Shown: piece after piece, positions 27,482 to 40,402 of the stretch
How the letters are laid out: each line of letters opens with the position of its first letter
Position numbering within the stretch: position 1 is the first letter of the stretch
NCBI RefSeq assembly: GCF_006345805.1
Contig: NC_043013.1
Span: forward strand, 30,194,001 to 30,258,000
Length of the DNA: 64,000 nt
Source: Octopus sinensis
Taxonomy: Eukaryota
Reading direction: 5' to 3'
Notes under the pieces: model-generated
What the model was told of the DNA's origin: nothing
Databases searched by the model: none
The model's input: only the letters and a program-made list of their open reading frames with translations
Position numbers and translations under genes: made by a program

Positions 27482-28933
27482 ATAATCAAAATAAGCAACA
27501 TGATATCAAGAAATGATGCAGTACGACCGTTTGAAGCGGCTACATTTAATTGAACAATGCAATCATTACATCAATTTAAATGCAAGGCTATCATCAGTTG
27601 CACAAATAAATACATAGAATTTTAATTTGTCGGACACATTAATAGATTTTACTCAAATACTTTAACAGAGCAAAAAAGATGGAAGAAATCCATGTTGTCA
27701 CTATTGTAGCTAAGACTATACTACACTTTCAAGAAATGCATGAAGCTTACTGGGTTCATATCTTGTAAAGGACTGTGGTTCATTTTTAATTTATTAGTCT
27801 TTTTATCAAGTACTAAATCTAAGACTAGAGGACTGTGTCTGTTTAGAATGAAGGGCAAAATTGAGTTGACAGCTCATGGCTAGGTATGGTCATAAATATT
27901 GTCCAGATTTCAGGAGTAGTATAAAGAATCTGTCTTTAAATGAGGCTGGGTAGGGGGGACACCAAATCCTGATGTCAATAATCAGTTAATGGGGGAAACG
28001 CCAATAAAACCTGTGAATACAGAAGAATTTTTGTTCATGGAGTACTATGGGTGATTGTTTATAAACAATATTGTTTTGTATACTGATAAAATTTAAGATT
28101 ATCAAAAATGATATCATAACCAAAATAGATAAAATGTGTATATTTATATATCAATTTTCAACATTAAAAAGGAAAGATTACAGAGAATCAGTTTAATATT
28201 CATTCATAGATTTAATTATTTAATTATTAGGTGATTTCTATAAAGACTGCTTTGGGCATTTACTTATGGAATACTGGAAAGGCAAATATGCTATCGATAT
28301 ATTTATTATAAACCAAGAATGAAAAAAAATGTATTGTGTACAGATACACATACATATTTATCTATGTGCACAAATGCACACATATACAAATATGTATACG
28401 TTTGTATGGATATAGTATAACAATCTCGTACATACTTAAGTAACTAGAAAGTATCTCTCTCTATCTAAGAACAGTAACAACTTATTGGGATAACAGGTTA
28501 GTAGGTAAGGATATGAAAGTAAGAATACAAAATAATAAGAAGTTACATAAACTGATAAGAAATATATATAATTATTATCATTATATCATCTAATACTGAA
28601 GTAGGTCGAACGGAAATATATCCCGGCTGCGGATGACACCAGGTCGCCCAAACTGTGTCAGTGCTCTACTCAACACTTCAACACACTAATCAGCATATAA
28701 CCATTAGTTCAAAATATTAAGTATATATATACACTTGAACCTTGTGAGGGGCATTATGCCAGTAATAATAAACACAAGCACTGGTTCGGTCCTTTATTGA
28801 TATTGTTAGTTAATGGGTTAGTTACACCACTAACAAATTTATTGTTTTCTTTTACTAGTTAGGTTCATTAGTATTTCTTTTAACACATGAATTCACATCA
28901 AGAATCTTGCAAACCAGATAGAAATATGAACTG

Positions 28934-29026
<93 letters not shown>

Positions 29027-29702
29027 TGATAGCTAGATAGTTATACGGACATACACGTTCTTAGATTGAAACTGAAGCCATTTTTGTAATGGACAACTGG
29101 ATATACATTAGTTTTCGATTCTTATATTTTGGTCTGTTTTAGTTTAGAAAGATTTTAATCGTGTCTTCTTATCGCAGACAATAAAATTAAGGGAATATTT
29201 CTCCAATTGAAACAAATAAATTTTCAGACAATATCCTTATTTTTTCTTTCTATTTCACTCTTTATAATTTTGTAGTGAACACAATCCGAACGCTATATAA
29301 TTACGTACTAAACTATTTAAATATATATCGCAATATTCATATTATCACGATTTCGAATGTTGTTGTTCTTGTTAATGTTATTTCGTGTCGAGTTAATTTG
29401 CTATTTGATTTAATTTAATGCTTGTATATTTGCGTATGTTAACAGGTAATAGTTAAATGTTTATAGTTCCATTAACATACGTGTGTGCGCATGCTCGCAA
29501 ACATGTATGTGTAAATGTATGCGTATGTGTGTAATTATGTTTCTGTGTGCAAATATGAGAATATATATGTATGTGGTGGTATAATATATAACCGATATGT
29601 ATCTACGTGTGTAATAACTCCTTTTAATTTACTGATTTATTACGATTCGTCTGTTCTAATTTGTATTATGGCTGATGCCATGCTGTTCGTGGTTATTATA
29701 GT

Positions 29703-30049
29703 GGAGTCGCAATGGCCCAGTGGTTACGGTAGAAGAATAGCGGTCGTAGGATCACGGTTTCGATTCCCGGACCGGGCGTTGTGAGTGTTTATTGAGTGAA
29801 AACACCTAAAGCTCTACGAGGCTTCGGCTTTCACCACAGCTTTCTCTCACTATTTCTTCCTGTTTCTGTTGTACCAGTATTTCAAAGGGCCAGCCTTGTC
29901 TCACATTGTGTCACGCTGATTCTCCCTGAGAACTACGTTTTGTGTCTGTGGAGTGTTCAGCGACTTGCACGTTAATTTCACAAGCAGGCTGTTCTGTGTT
30001 CCGTTGATCGGATCGACTGGAACACTCATCGTCTTAACCGACGGAGTGG
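29703..30049 (+). mobile_element. tRNA-derived SINE, family C
   Basis: A box tggcccagtgg (29713-29723) and B box ggtttcgattcc (29756-29767), followed by a non-tRNA body. Confidence 0.8.
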
Positions 30050-30385
30050 CACGAGTGTGTGCAAGAATAATCAGCTGAAATTTCGAGTATAATCTGGTAC
30101 TTGACTGAAGAAAGAAAACTCGAATGACCCATCCTTGTTTTCTTTGTATCGTCTGTTGGATGTTTTGTTGTCCCTTTTTGTATCATCTAGTTGTCCGAAT
30201 GTTTTGCGACCTTGTCTCATTTTGTATTTTATATATATTTATATATATACGGCGTACGTACACTTTGTTCCCTTATATATATATATATTATATATATATA
30301 ATATATATATAAATATTAGGGAATAAATCCAAATTTACAGGGAAAAAATCAGATTTAGGATTAAATCGATTTTATAGTAAAATAT

Positions 30386-30475
30386 TATAAAATATTATTC
30401 GAGACAAAACCACTATTTTGCAAAACAAACAAGGAAAGACTTAATCAATACATTAAATTTTAATAAATAGTCAAA

Positions 30476-30507
<32 letters not shown>

Positions 30508-30516
30508 TATATATAT

Positions 30517-30550
<34 letters not shown>

Positions 30551-30558
30551 ATATATAT

Positions 30559-30589
<31 letters not shown>

Positions 30590-30683
30590 GTATTAAATAT
30601 ATTTTTGACTATTTATTAAAATTTAATGTATTGATTAAGTCTTTCCTTGTTTGTTTTGCAAAATAGTGGTTTTGTCTCGAATA

Positions 30684-30693
<10 letters not shown>
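30386..30693. repeat. perfect 91-bp inverted repeat around a (TA)n/(TG)n spacer
   Basis: Arm 30386-30476 is the exact reverse complement of 30603-30693. Confidence 0.95.
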
Positions 30694-30738
<45 letters not shown>

Positions 30739-32110
30739 ATATATGTATGTGTGTGTGTGTGTGTGTATTACTATATATATTAATAAGTACATAATTGATA
30801 GCATTTAAGTCGGAAACTATAGGATCATTTAATCAGAAGCAATATTAAAAGCGGCGAAAATATAACTAGCACTGTAATAATATTCGTTATTTAGAAATAT
30901 GTCGTTTTGTCGTCATTGCTTATTTGTTTCTACTTTGGGGTTCATGATGCTACTATCAAATATATAAATAAATAATATAAAAATAAAATTTCGAAGTTTA
31001 TGACCGGGTGCAATCGCTCATTAGGGTGTAACTTTATAGCATATATAAACTGGAAAGAAATAATAATTCTTTAAAATAAAGATACACGGCTTGAAATTTT
31101 GAAGGAAGAGACTAGTCGATTACATCGCCCACAGTGTTTCCTGCAAAGCATTTTTCCTGGCGTACTAGATATTCTACAAGCTGACTGCCTTAATAATGCT
31201 TTCTAATTTTTGTAGAAAGTCATCAATTTTGAGGGGCAAGGATGTCAATTACATAAAATAGAACTTCGTTTACAGGTCATAAAAGTGAAAACTGGTCTTG
31301 GCGGCATTTGAATTCAGAACATAAAAAGCCGGAAGAAACACCGCAAATAGTTTGTCCGTCGTGCTAACAATTCTGCCGGCTTGCTACGCCAATGATAATA
31401 AAATCATCAGAAGGGGTTCCGAACAAAGGCTATATATTGACAAAATACTATATGCATTTCACATAACTATTACCTTTCATGACAAAGGTATATCAGAATT
31501 ATTTATCTCTAAACGAATATTTGCTGATTCATTTATCGACATTACCTTAAGAACAATGAATGTTATGCTTTGAGAATGAGGCCAGAACAAACTGAAATAT
31601 GATCGGAGATCTCTTGTGTACTATTTCCTAAACATAATATTAGCCATGAATTAAAGCAGTGAGAAGCAGAATCGTTAACACTTTGGGCAAAATGGTCAGC
31701 CGCATTTTGTCCACACATTACATTCTGAGTTCAAATTTCGCTGAGTTCGATTATGCCTGTTATCCTTTCGGGTTCAATAAGATAAGATAAGTAGCAGTTG
31801 TGTACTGAGGGGTCGATGTAATCGACATTCTCCCCCTGCTGAAATCGCTGACCTTGGGCCATTTATTTAAAACCAGAATTAGTGACTGATGTCCGTCGAG
31901 GTCAGTTTTGTCTTTCATCCTTTCGGGTTCGACAGAAATAAGTAACAGCTAAACACTAGGGATGATATAATCGATTAGCCGATATCCCCAAAATTGCTGG
32001 CTTTGTAGCGAAATCGTAAACAAATTTTATCATTGATTGATAATTTGGATTATCAATAATATATTTGTTTCTAGTTTGATATTTCTGCGTAAAGTCTATT
32101 TCCAATAGTC

Positions 32111-32267
32111 TGTGGCTGTGTGGTAAGTAGCTAGCTTACGAACTACATGGTTCCGGGTTCATTGCCACTGCGTGGCACCTTGGGTAAGTGTCTTTTACTA
32201 TAGCCTCGGGCTGACCAAAGCCTTGTGAGTGGAATTGGTAGACGGAAACTGAAAGAAGCCCGTCGTA

Positions 32268-32317
<50 letters not shown>

Positions 32318-32334
32318 GTGTGTGTGTGTGTGTG

Positions 32335-32377
<43 letters not shown>

Positions 32378-32590
32378 GATGTTTGTGGGTCTGTAATTTT
32401 CCCGCCAGCATCGCTTGACAACCGATGTTGGTTTGTTTCCGTACCCGTAACTTAGCGGTTCGGCAAAGAGAACGATAGAATAAGTACTAGACTTACAAAG
32501 GAAAAGTTCTGGGGTCGATTTGCCTGATTAAAGGTGTGCTCCAGCATGTCCACAGTCAAATTACTGAAACAAGTTAAAGATTAATAGAGT
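32111..32590 (+). mobile_element. SINE family A, full length
   Basis: tgtggctgtgtggtaagtagc...ctccagcatgtccacagtcaaattactgaaac. Confidence 0.9.
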
Positions 32591-33207
32591 ATTAAACAAT
32601 ATTGCGAGAGCATCATCTCCTAATACACTATTAAAAAACAGGTAAGGGATATTACATAATGTAGTCCTTAATATCATAGGCATTGTATGCAGAAGTATGG
32701 AATACTACCACTTGAGATACCTTTGATCAGATTTCAAGTAGGAAATGAGGTTTAACACAATACTAATTTGTTACAATTATTTTAGTTCTGAAAGTGAGTG
32801 CCTGGCTACGTTTTGATCTTAATATATAGCTCGTGAAATTTCCATGTGAATAATTTGCCATATAGTGAAATTAGTAATTCAAAGTTACAGTGGTTGACAA
32901 TAAAATTACACCACAAATATTTGGGTTAAACACAAAACAGTAGATTTGGTGTATTCCAATTGAAATATCAGTTTTTCGAAACAAAAAGTAAATACATAAA
33001 TGAAATTATGCAAAATAATTTAATCAAAATATACTCCATTACGCTCGATTGTTTTCTCCAAAGTGACAACGTGATATGAAATTAGATGTCCCTTTTAACA
33101 GCAGCAAAGAAATAATTTTTCTGTTGTCTGAGATTAAAAACAGGTCAAATGCTCCAACTACAGTTCATTCAATTTACGTTCATTATATAAAAGTTCAATA
33201 AATACAG

Positions 33208-33251
<44 letters not shown>

Positions 33252-33252
33252 T

Positions 33253-33306
<54 letters not shown>

Positions 33307-34141
33307 GATGTTTGTGGGTCTGTAATTTTCCCGCCAGCATCGCTTGACAACCGATGTTGGTTTGTTTCCGTACCCGTAACTTAGCGGTTCGGCAAAAGAG
33401 AACGATAGAATAAGTACTAGACTTACAAAGGAAAAGTTCTGGGGTCGATTTGCCTGATTAAAGGTGGTGCTCCAGCATGTCCACAGTCAAATTACTGAAA
33501 CAAGTTAAAGATTAATAGAGTATGAAACAATATTGCGAGAGCATCATCTCCTAATACACTATTAAAAAACAGGTAAGGGATATTACATAATGTAGTCCTT
33601 AATATCATAGGCATTGTATGCAGAAGTATGGAATACGTACCACTTGAGATACCTTTGATCAGATTTCAAGTAGGAAATGAGGTTTAACACAATACTAATT
33701 TGTTACAATTATTTTAGTTCTGAAAGTGAGTGCCTGGCTACGTTTTGATCTTAAATATATAGCTCGTGAAATTTCCATGTGAAATAATTTGCCATATAGT
33801 GAAATTAGTAATTCAAAGTTACAGTGGTTGACAATAAAATTACACCACAAATATTTGGGTTAAACACAAAACAGTAGATTTGGTGTATTCCAATTGAAAT
33901 ATCAGTTTTTCGAAACAAAAAGTAAATACATAAATGAAATTATGCAAAATAATTTAATCAAAATATACTCCATTACGCTCGATTGTTTTCTCCAAAGTGA
34001 CAACGTGATATGAAATTAGATGTCCCTTTTAACAGCAGCAAAGAAATAATTTTTCTGTTGTCTGAGATTAAAAACAGGTCAAATGCTCCAACTACAGTTC
34101 ATTCAATTTACGTTCATTATATAAAAGTTCAATAAATACAG

Positions 34142-34144
<3 letters not shown>
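32375..34144 (+). repeat. tandem duplication of about 0.84 kb (32375-33210, 33304-34144)
   Basis: Copies identical except five 1-bp deletions in copy 1 and one substitution; both junctions lie in (TA)n/(GT)n. Confidence 0.95.
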
Positions 34145-34186
<42 letters not shown>

Positions 34187-34199
34187 TATATATATAAAA

Positions 34200-35851
34200 T
34201 AGTAAAAAGTGAAAAAACTACAGAAGGCTTGATTTAAAAGGTTAAAAAATATATATTTGAGTCATTATGTCAGAAGAATGCTAGAACATTTTTTCATACA
34301 GTGATATAGTTTTTGAAGAAATTACCGGTTTCGTGTTAACTTTTCAAATTTCTCAAAACATCGTGTTATGTCTTCGTTATGAAGTGAAAAGAAGAGTTCC
34401 AGGTAAGGGGAGGTAATAAGTGATTTCTTCCAGTGTAAGGGAGATAATCGCTTTATATTTCTTGTGCCTTTTATTTAATGGGGTGAGATTCTCTGTATAA
34501 GAATGTTAGAGTGGTTAAGTTTGGGCTTATATTTTTCAATGAAGAATGTTTCCTTGTTTAGTCTAATTTGTGTTGGTGTTCCAATAGCACATTGATAAAA
34601 TGGAAAGATTAAAAATTGTGGTAGTAGTTGCTTTGCGCATTTCTCAATATGCTCACCAAAGGGTATCATTCTGTATTCTGGGAATGCAATCTGTTGTCGA
34701 TGCAGTGTGCATCTACGTCTGAGGAATAGTCCCGTGGACCCCACGTAGTTTTGGTGGCAGCCCGAGCATCTTATGACATAAATTATGTTTTCAGAAGCAC
34801 AAGTAAAATTAAATTTGATCTTGAATTTTTGTCCCTCTTTGAAGAGGAATTCTGATCCTTCTAGAAGGTTTGGGCATGTTGCGCAGTTTGGTCTACCACA
34901 TTTTTTTACATTTGCATCCGTAATTTCAGAAAACAATTTTGCCTTTGTGAAAATCTTTTTAAGTGATTTAGGTTGTTTGTAGCTTTTAATGATTTTATGT
35001 ATGTTTAGAATTTCCTTTAATTTGGGGTCCTTATGAAGTATTGGTAAATTCTGGGTGATGATGGAGAAGGCTTCTTTGTTTCTGGGGTTGTATGTGGATA
35101 TGTAAGGCAGTATTTTCGGGGAAGGTGTGTTGTGTTCAAAGTTTCTATGTCGATTTCTGTTGCACGTCTGATCCCATCCTCTATGAGTTGAGCTGGGTAG
35201 TGTCTGTCAATTAGAGTGTTTTTAAGTTCTTGTAGTCTAAGGTTCCTGGTATTTTGTTCTGACACTATTGTGCATATCCTTCTTGCAAGGTTGAAAGGGA
35301 TGTTTGTTTCAGTGTGTCTTGGGTGGCATGAATCAAAAAGTAGGTATTGTTTAGCGTCTGTGGCTTTGTAAAAAATGTCTGTTTCTATTTTAAGGTTAAT
35401 TTTTTAAATTAGTATATCTAAGAATGGAAGCTCCTTTTGGTTGTATTCCATTGTGAATTGTATATTTGGGTTGATGCTGTTCAATAGGTTTTTGAATTTT
35501 AGGAGTTTATCTGTGTTTTCATTCCAGAGTATAAAACAATCGTCCAGGAATCGTTTCCAATTCTTTTTTATGTATTGAGAGAGGGGGTTTCCAAAGGTCG
35601 ATAAAGATTCCTGGCAAACAATTATTTCCAGGTAGCCCATTGTTAGGTTCGCAATGACTGGTGCTGCCCTTGTACCCATAGCAATTCCGGATTTTTGACG
35701 GTAAAATGTAATGTCAAACATGAAGTGGTTATTACGTAGGATGAATTCAACCGATTAATAATGAATTCTTTACTGATCTTTTTGGTATTTCTTCCGAAGC
35801 TTTGTTTATCAGGAATCTTTATCGACCTTTGGAAACCCCTCTCTCGATACA
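34200..35851 (-). mobile_element. Penelope-like element (probably Neptune group), 5'-truncated; RT plus GIY-YIG endonuclease
   Basis: FYRQKSGIAMGTRAAPVIANL, WKRFLDDCF, ELPFLDI, ETDIFYK, SCHP; linker CGRPNCATC...FTC; IYVIRCSGCHQNYVG; KETFFIEKYKPKLN; one internal stop (35404-35406) and two frameshifts. Confidence 0.95.
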
Positions 35852-35855
35852 ATCT

Positions 35856-36590
35856 TCGGTAATTTACGGTATTTTCCTGCAATTTCCGGTGTTTTCCGGA
35901 TATTTCCGATAATTTCCGGTAATCTCCGGCTATTTCCGGTAATCTCCGGCTATTTCCGGCAATCTTCGGCAATTTCCGGTGATGTCCAACAATCTCCGGC
36001 AATTTCCGGCAATGTCCGGCGATTTCGGCAATATGCGGCAATCTCTGGCAAACTTTTTTGGAAAAGTTTTATGAAAATTTTTCCCAAAAATTTTTGAAAA
36101 TTCTTTTGAAAATTTTCCTGAAAATAATTTGAAAACTTTCCCCCAAAACTTTTGAAAACTGCTGGTATATCCGGCAAACTCCGGTAATCTCCGGCAATTT
36201 CCGGCAATCTCCGGTAATTTCCGGCAATTTCCAGCAATCTTGGGCAATTACGAGCAATCTCCGGTAATTTCTGGCAATCTCCGCCAATTTCCAGCAATTT
36301 TCGGCAATGTCCAGCGATTTCCGGATTTACCCGGCAATTTCCGGCAATCTCTTCTTTTAAAATTTTTTGAAAATTTTTCCCAAAAACGTACCTCAAAAAT
36401 TTTTGAAATTTTCCTAAAAAGTTTTCCCCAAAACTTTTTGAATATTGTCCTCAAAAATTTTTAAATCTTAAAAGTTTTCACCGAAACTTTAACCCAAAAA
36501 TTTTCACCAACAATTTTCCGAAAATTTTCCCTAAAACTTTTTCCAAAATTTTCACCGAAAATTTTCCCCAAAACGTTTTCCAAAATATTA
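35856..36590. repeat. compound A-B-A-B satellite: 10-bp (AATYTCCGGC)n blocks alternating with AAAATTTT(CC)-rich blocks
   Basis: A blocks about 35856-36052 and 36165-36350; B blocks about 36053-36160 and 36351-36590. Confidence 0.9.
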
Positions 36591-36771
36591 GCCAAGTTTA
36601 GAATAATTTCCTAAAGAAACATAATTAACGGCCTACATTGGTGTTTTAGAAGACATGTGGTTATTGAACATGTTAATGAAACATTAAAAATTAATGGGAA
36701 TGGGGAATTGTAGATCAGATATATAGAGAGTACACCAGTTTTGGTATCAGTCAATGCACGCACACATATGA

Positions 36772-36831
<60 letters not shown>

Positions 36832-37331
36832 CTATATATACCTATATACGTACATATGTATGTATAAGTATATATAAATATATACATATATACATATAAT
36901 ATGTATATACATATGTATATGCATTTATATGCATTTATAATATATATATATGTATGTATGTCTCTCTGTCTGTCTAAATATATATATATAGATATTTTTA
37001 CATCTTCGAATGAAAAAGCTTTGGTCCGGTCGAGCAAAGGGAATGAGAATGTATCGTATAAGTTCACCGTTGTAGTGATTAGCATATAGTTTTATCGGAC
37101 GTATTCTTGAATAAGATAATGATATATATACATTCAATATCGTTACAGTGTTCCTTATGTCAGAGGCTGAATACGTTACTCTTCTCAATTTAGTTTTCTT
37201 TCATATTGTACACGGATCACGTTCTTCAAGAATTGAGGTTGCATACAAAATTTTAACTGGAATGTCCTTTTGGACATGCAGTTACCTTGCAACAAATGAC
37301 ATGACTCTTCTGTCACAAATGCAAACACACT

Positions 37332-37440
<109 letters not shown>

Positions 37441-39362
37441 GTATATATATGTATATATATGTATATATATATGTATATATATATGTATATATACATATAT
37501 ATACATGTGTGTGTGTGTTTGAAAAAGGACTTCGTAGGTAGTTCTAATCAGCTGTATTTAGTATTTAAACATTTTTTCAATAAAAATTAAACTTTTTAGA
37601 ATTACCAGTGGAGTCATTCGTTTTTTTTTCAAATGTACCGAACTGTACCAAAGATCATACACCACTTATAGATATGCATATAATATATGTATATATAATT
37701 ACATTAACCAGATCATCGTATATACCTATACACCCACTGGTAACAAAGCTTTTCATTGTATTTTTGTAGATTTCATATTATCCTACGTTGCTTGGCCGGC
37801 AGGATAACGTTACCTCTAAGGGAGACAATACTGTGCCCCTGGGGTACCCATTTACAGTTGCGTAGACTGCGGCAGTGTGAAATGAAAGCATATGCCCTGT
37901 AAGAAAAAAAGGACCGTTAACATAGAGAAGGTAGATTCATTTGTCGCCTTGGTTGGTGTTATCGCCTTTTTCGGGAATTTCCTGTCAATATAATTATCTA
38001 TTAAATTCTTTATTGTTTTTTACTGTTTTCAATTATCAACTGCATCAATGTAAATCGTCATTGTCCTTTTTCTATGTATAGTCCAATATATGTGTTGCAA
38101 CCCTTAAGGCCAATGAAGTATTATTAACCTCCTCTCCTCCTCCTTCGTCTTCTACCTCCTCTTTCCCCTCCTCCTCTTCCGCCTCCTCCTCCTCCTCGCC
38201 ATCATTGTTATCATTATTATTGTGAAAGACAGCGAGCTAGCTGAATCGATAGTACGCCAGACAAAATGCTGAGCAAACATTTCGACCGTCTTTAAGTCCT
38301 GAGTTCAAAATTCCGACGAGAATTTTGTATTGCTTCTTGAAAGCACGAAATAGATTTTTAAATAATAGAATAAATTTGTAATAGTCACGCCATATGTCAC
38401 TCAATAACTGAAGACAAACTGCACGAGTGATATCAAAGTTTTCCCCCAAGCCAAAAATGCTGATAGATCAAACCGGAGAAAACAATTTGTAGACAGTGAT
38501 TGCAATGAGATTTGGTGAATGTCAGGGGGAAATTCGATTCTATGTAGGGAAAAGTTTATCATTTCTATACGCGTGGTTTTCCCATATTTGCCATTTTCCC
38601 CATTTTTGCTCCAAGGATTTAACTTGTCTTGATATACTTTCTTTTTATCGCATCCAACTTTAATAAAATATTTAAATAACCTTATTGTCAGAAAACCATT
38701 TTTAAGAGACATATTTTGCGTTGTATACTCGGGCCCTCGACAGCAATAAAAATACTTCCCGTCCTCCTCCTCCTCCTCCTCTCTACTGCCAACACATACT
38801 CTATATATGTTAATATTTTTTAAAAACTTTTTATATGTATACTTAGATATGTCTTTGTTAACCACAAACTAAGCTGGCTATGGTTCTATGGTTCTATATT
38901 TCTTATCGTTTCGTGAAAAATATTTAGAGAATTATTTTTCGACAGCTAACCAGCTGAATAGGGGGAAATGGTAGTGGAGGTGATTTTGTGACGTTGAAAA
39001 TAGAACCTAAGTGTAAATGACATTTTGACTCACGAACAAAATCTCTTCTCTGAGATTCCGAACTCTGAACATTTACCCCATAGCAGCGTGTCGAGAGGAA
39101 ATACCACTAAAAACGCCAAAAACAACATGTCAATCAAAGACAACAGCAATAAACTATCTACTACTACCAACAACATTACTAACAATGATAACTCAACTGT
39201 AGTACGCTGAGGAACAAGAGCATCGCCAATACTGATGCTGCTCATTCTTAAAATATTACCATACCACTACGTCTGTCACCGCGTAAGGTGGCGGGAGCAC
39301 CAGTTCTATAAATGTCAAATCTTTTGTAGAAACTGTCAAGTAAATCTACTTGTATAGATCAT

Positions 39363-39454
39363 AAACATACACAGTTTAGGAATTCTCAACAGCTACTTTA
39401 AACAGGCGAAACATACACAGTTTAGGAATTCTCAACAGCTACTTGAAACAGGCG
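39363..39454. repeat. 46-bp tandem duplication
   Basis: aaacatacacagtttaggaattctcaacagctactt(t/g)aaacaggcg twice, 1 mismatch. Confidence 0.9.
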
Positions 39455-40194
39455 AAATATGATTGAACCACAAATATGGCGACTGAATTGCTTAAATACG
39501 GAAACAAAAGCAGGTGACCCTAGAAACGAGGAAATGTTTATCACTATCAATAAAGATGACATTTCTCAATCGTCAGTCACCGATAAAACTTCTAAGTTTG
39601 TAAAATTACGACTGAAGAAATAGTATCTACACCACCAATATTCGCGCTACCATCACCGTTGTCACCATAACCATTACAACTACCAAAACAAGCTACCACG
39701 TCACCACTACCGTCGCCTCCACCACCGTCGCCTCCACCCCTATTATCGCCACCACCACCGTCACCACATCAATAACAACCGAAACTTATCAAAGAGCAAC
39801 AATATCAACAATGACGGGCACGCAAAATGACAAAGTTTCCAGTGCCAGCGACCGAGAAATTAACCAAAGCCCCTACAATAGCAACAACAGAAAAAATAAG
39901 GTTCTGTTACTGCAGTCGAGAGCGACATTTCCAACATCAATAAAACAATGAAAGCAGTCCTAATTCAGATGTACACCTCACGGTTCTACTGGACGTCATC
40001 TTATAACGAAGACAAGATTTCTGGACTATATGCATTGCGTTACATAGTTATATCACAACTGTCTCGAGTGAAAGCATATCATCTATCTGATTTGCTTTGT
40101 GTGTCGTCAGAATACGCAGGCAGTGAGAGTTACTAGAGCTAAAATACCTTCCAGCACAATATATAACCTTGTACTTATATTATAAAATAATAAT

Positions 40195-40402
40195 AATAGT
40201 TTCAAATTTTAGCACGTAACCAGCGATTTTGGAAAATTGCAAGACAATTACAACGACCCTAATGTTCAAATTGTACTTATTTTATCGACCAGAACTAAAA
40301 TCGACCTGGGCAGAATTTTAACATCAGAACCTAACGACGGACGAAATGCAGCTAAGCAGTTTGCCTGGCGTGCTAACGACGCGGCCAACTCGCCGCTTTA
40401 GG
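40195..40402 (-). mobile_element. SINE family B variant, degenerate
   Basis: ttttatcgacc...gcagaattt...gacgaaatgcagctaagc...gtgctaacgacgcggccaactcgccgc. Confidence 0.7.

Noticed and set aside
29703-29775. tRNA gene
   Set aside because: A and B boxes are present but there is no complete cloverleaf, and it continues into a SINE body
34318-34380. Hammerhead in the 3' region of the Penelope element (GAA-ACCGGT-A on the minus strand)
   Set aside because: The palindromic stem III and GUA are present, but the core reads ACGAAGA and neither stem I nor stem II pairs
35643-36454. ORFs with IAGNCRKLPE decapeptide repeats
   Set aside because: A product of the 10-bp satellite; all frames give similar repeats and there is no unique domain
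35856-36590. CRISPR-like array
   Set aside because: Contiguous 10-bp units without unique spacers, in a eukaryotic context with no cas genes
39616-39950. Thr-rich mucin-like open frame
   Set aside because: Degenerate (ACC)n low-complexity sequence with no convincing splice sites or start
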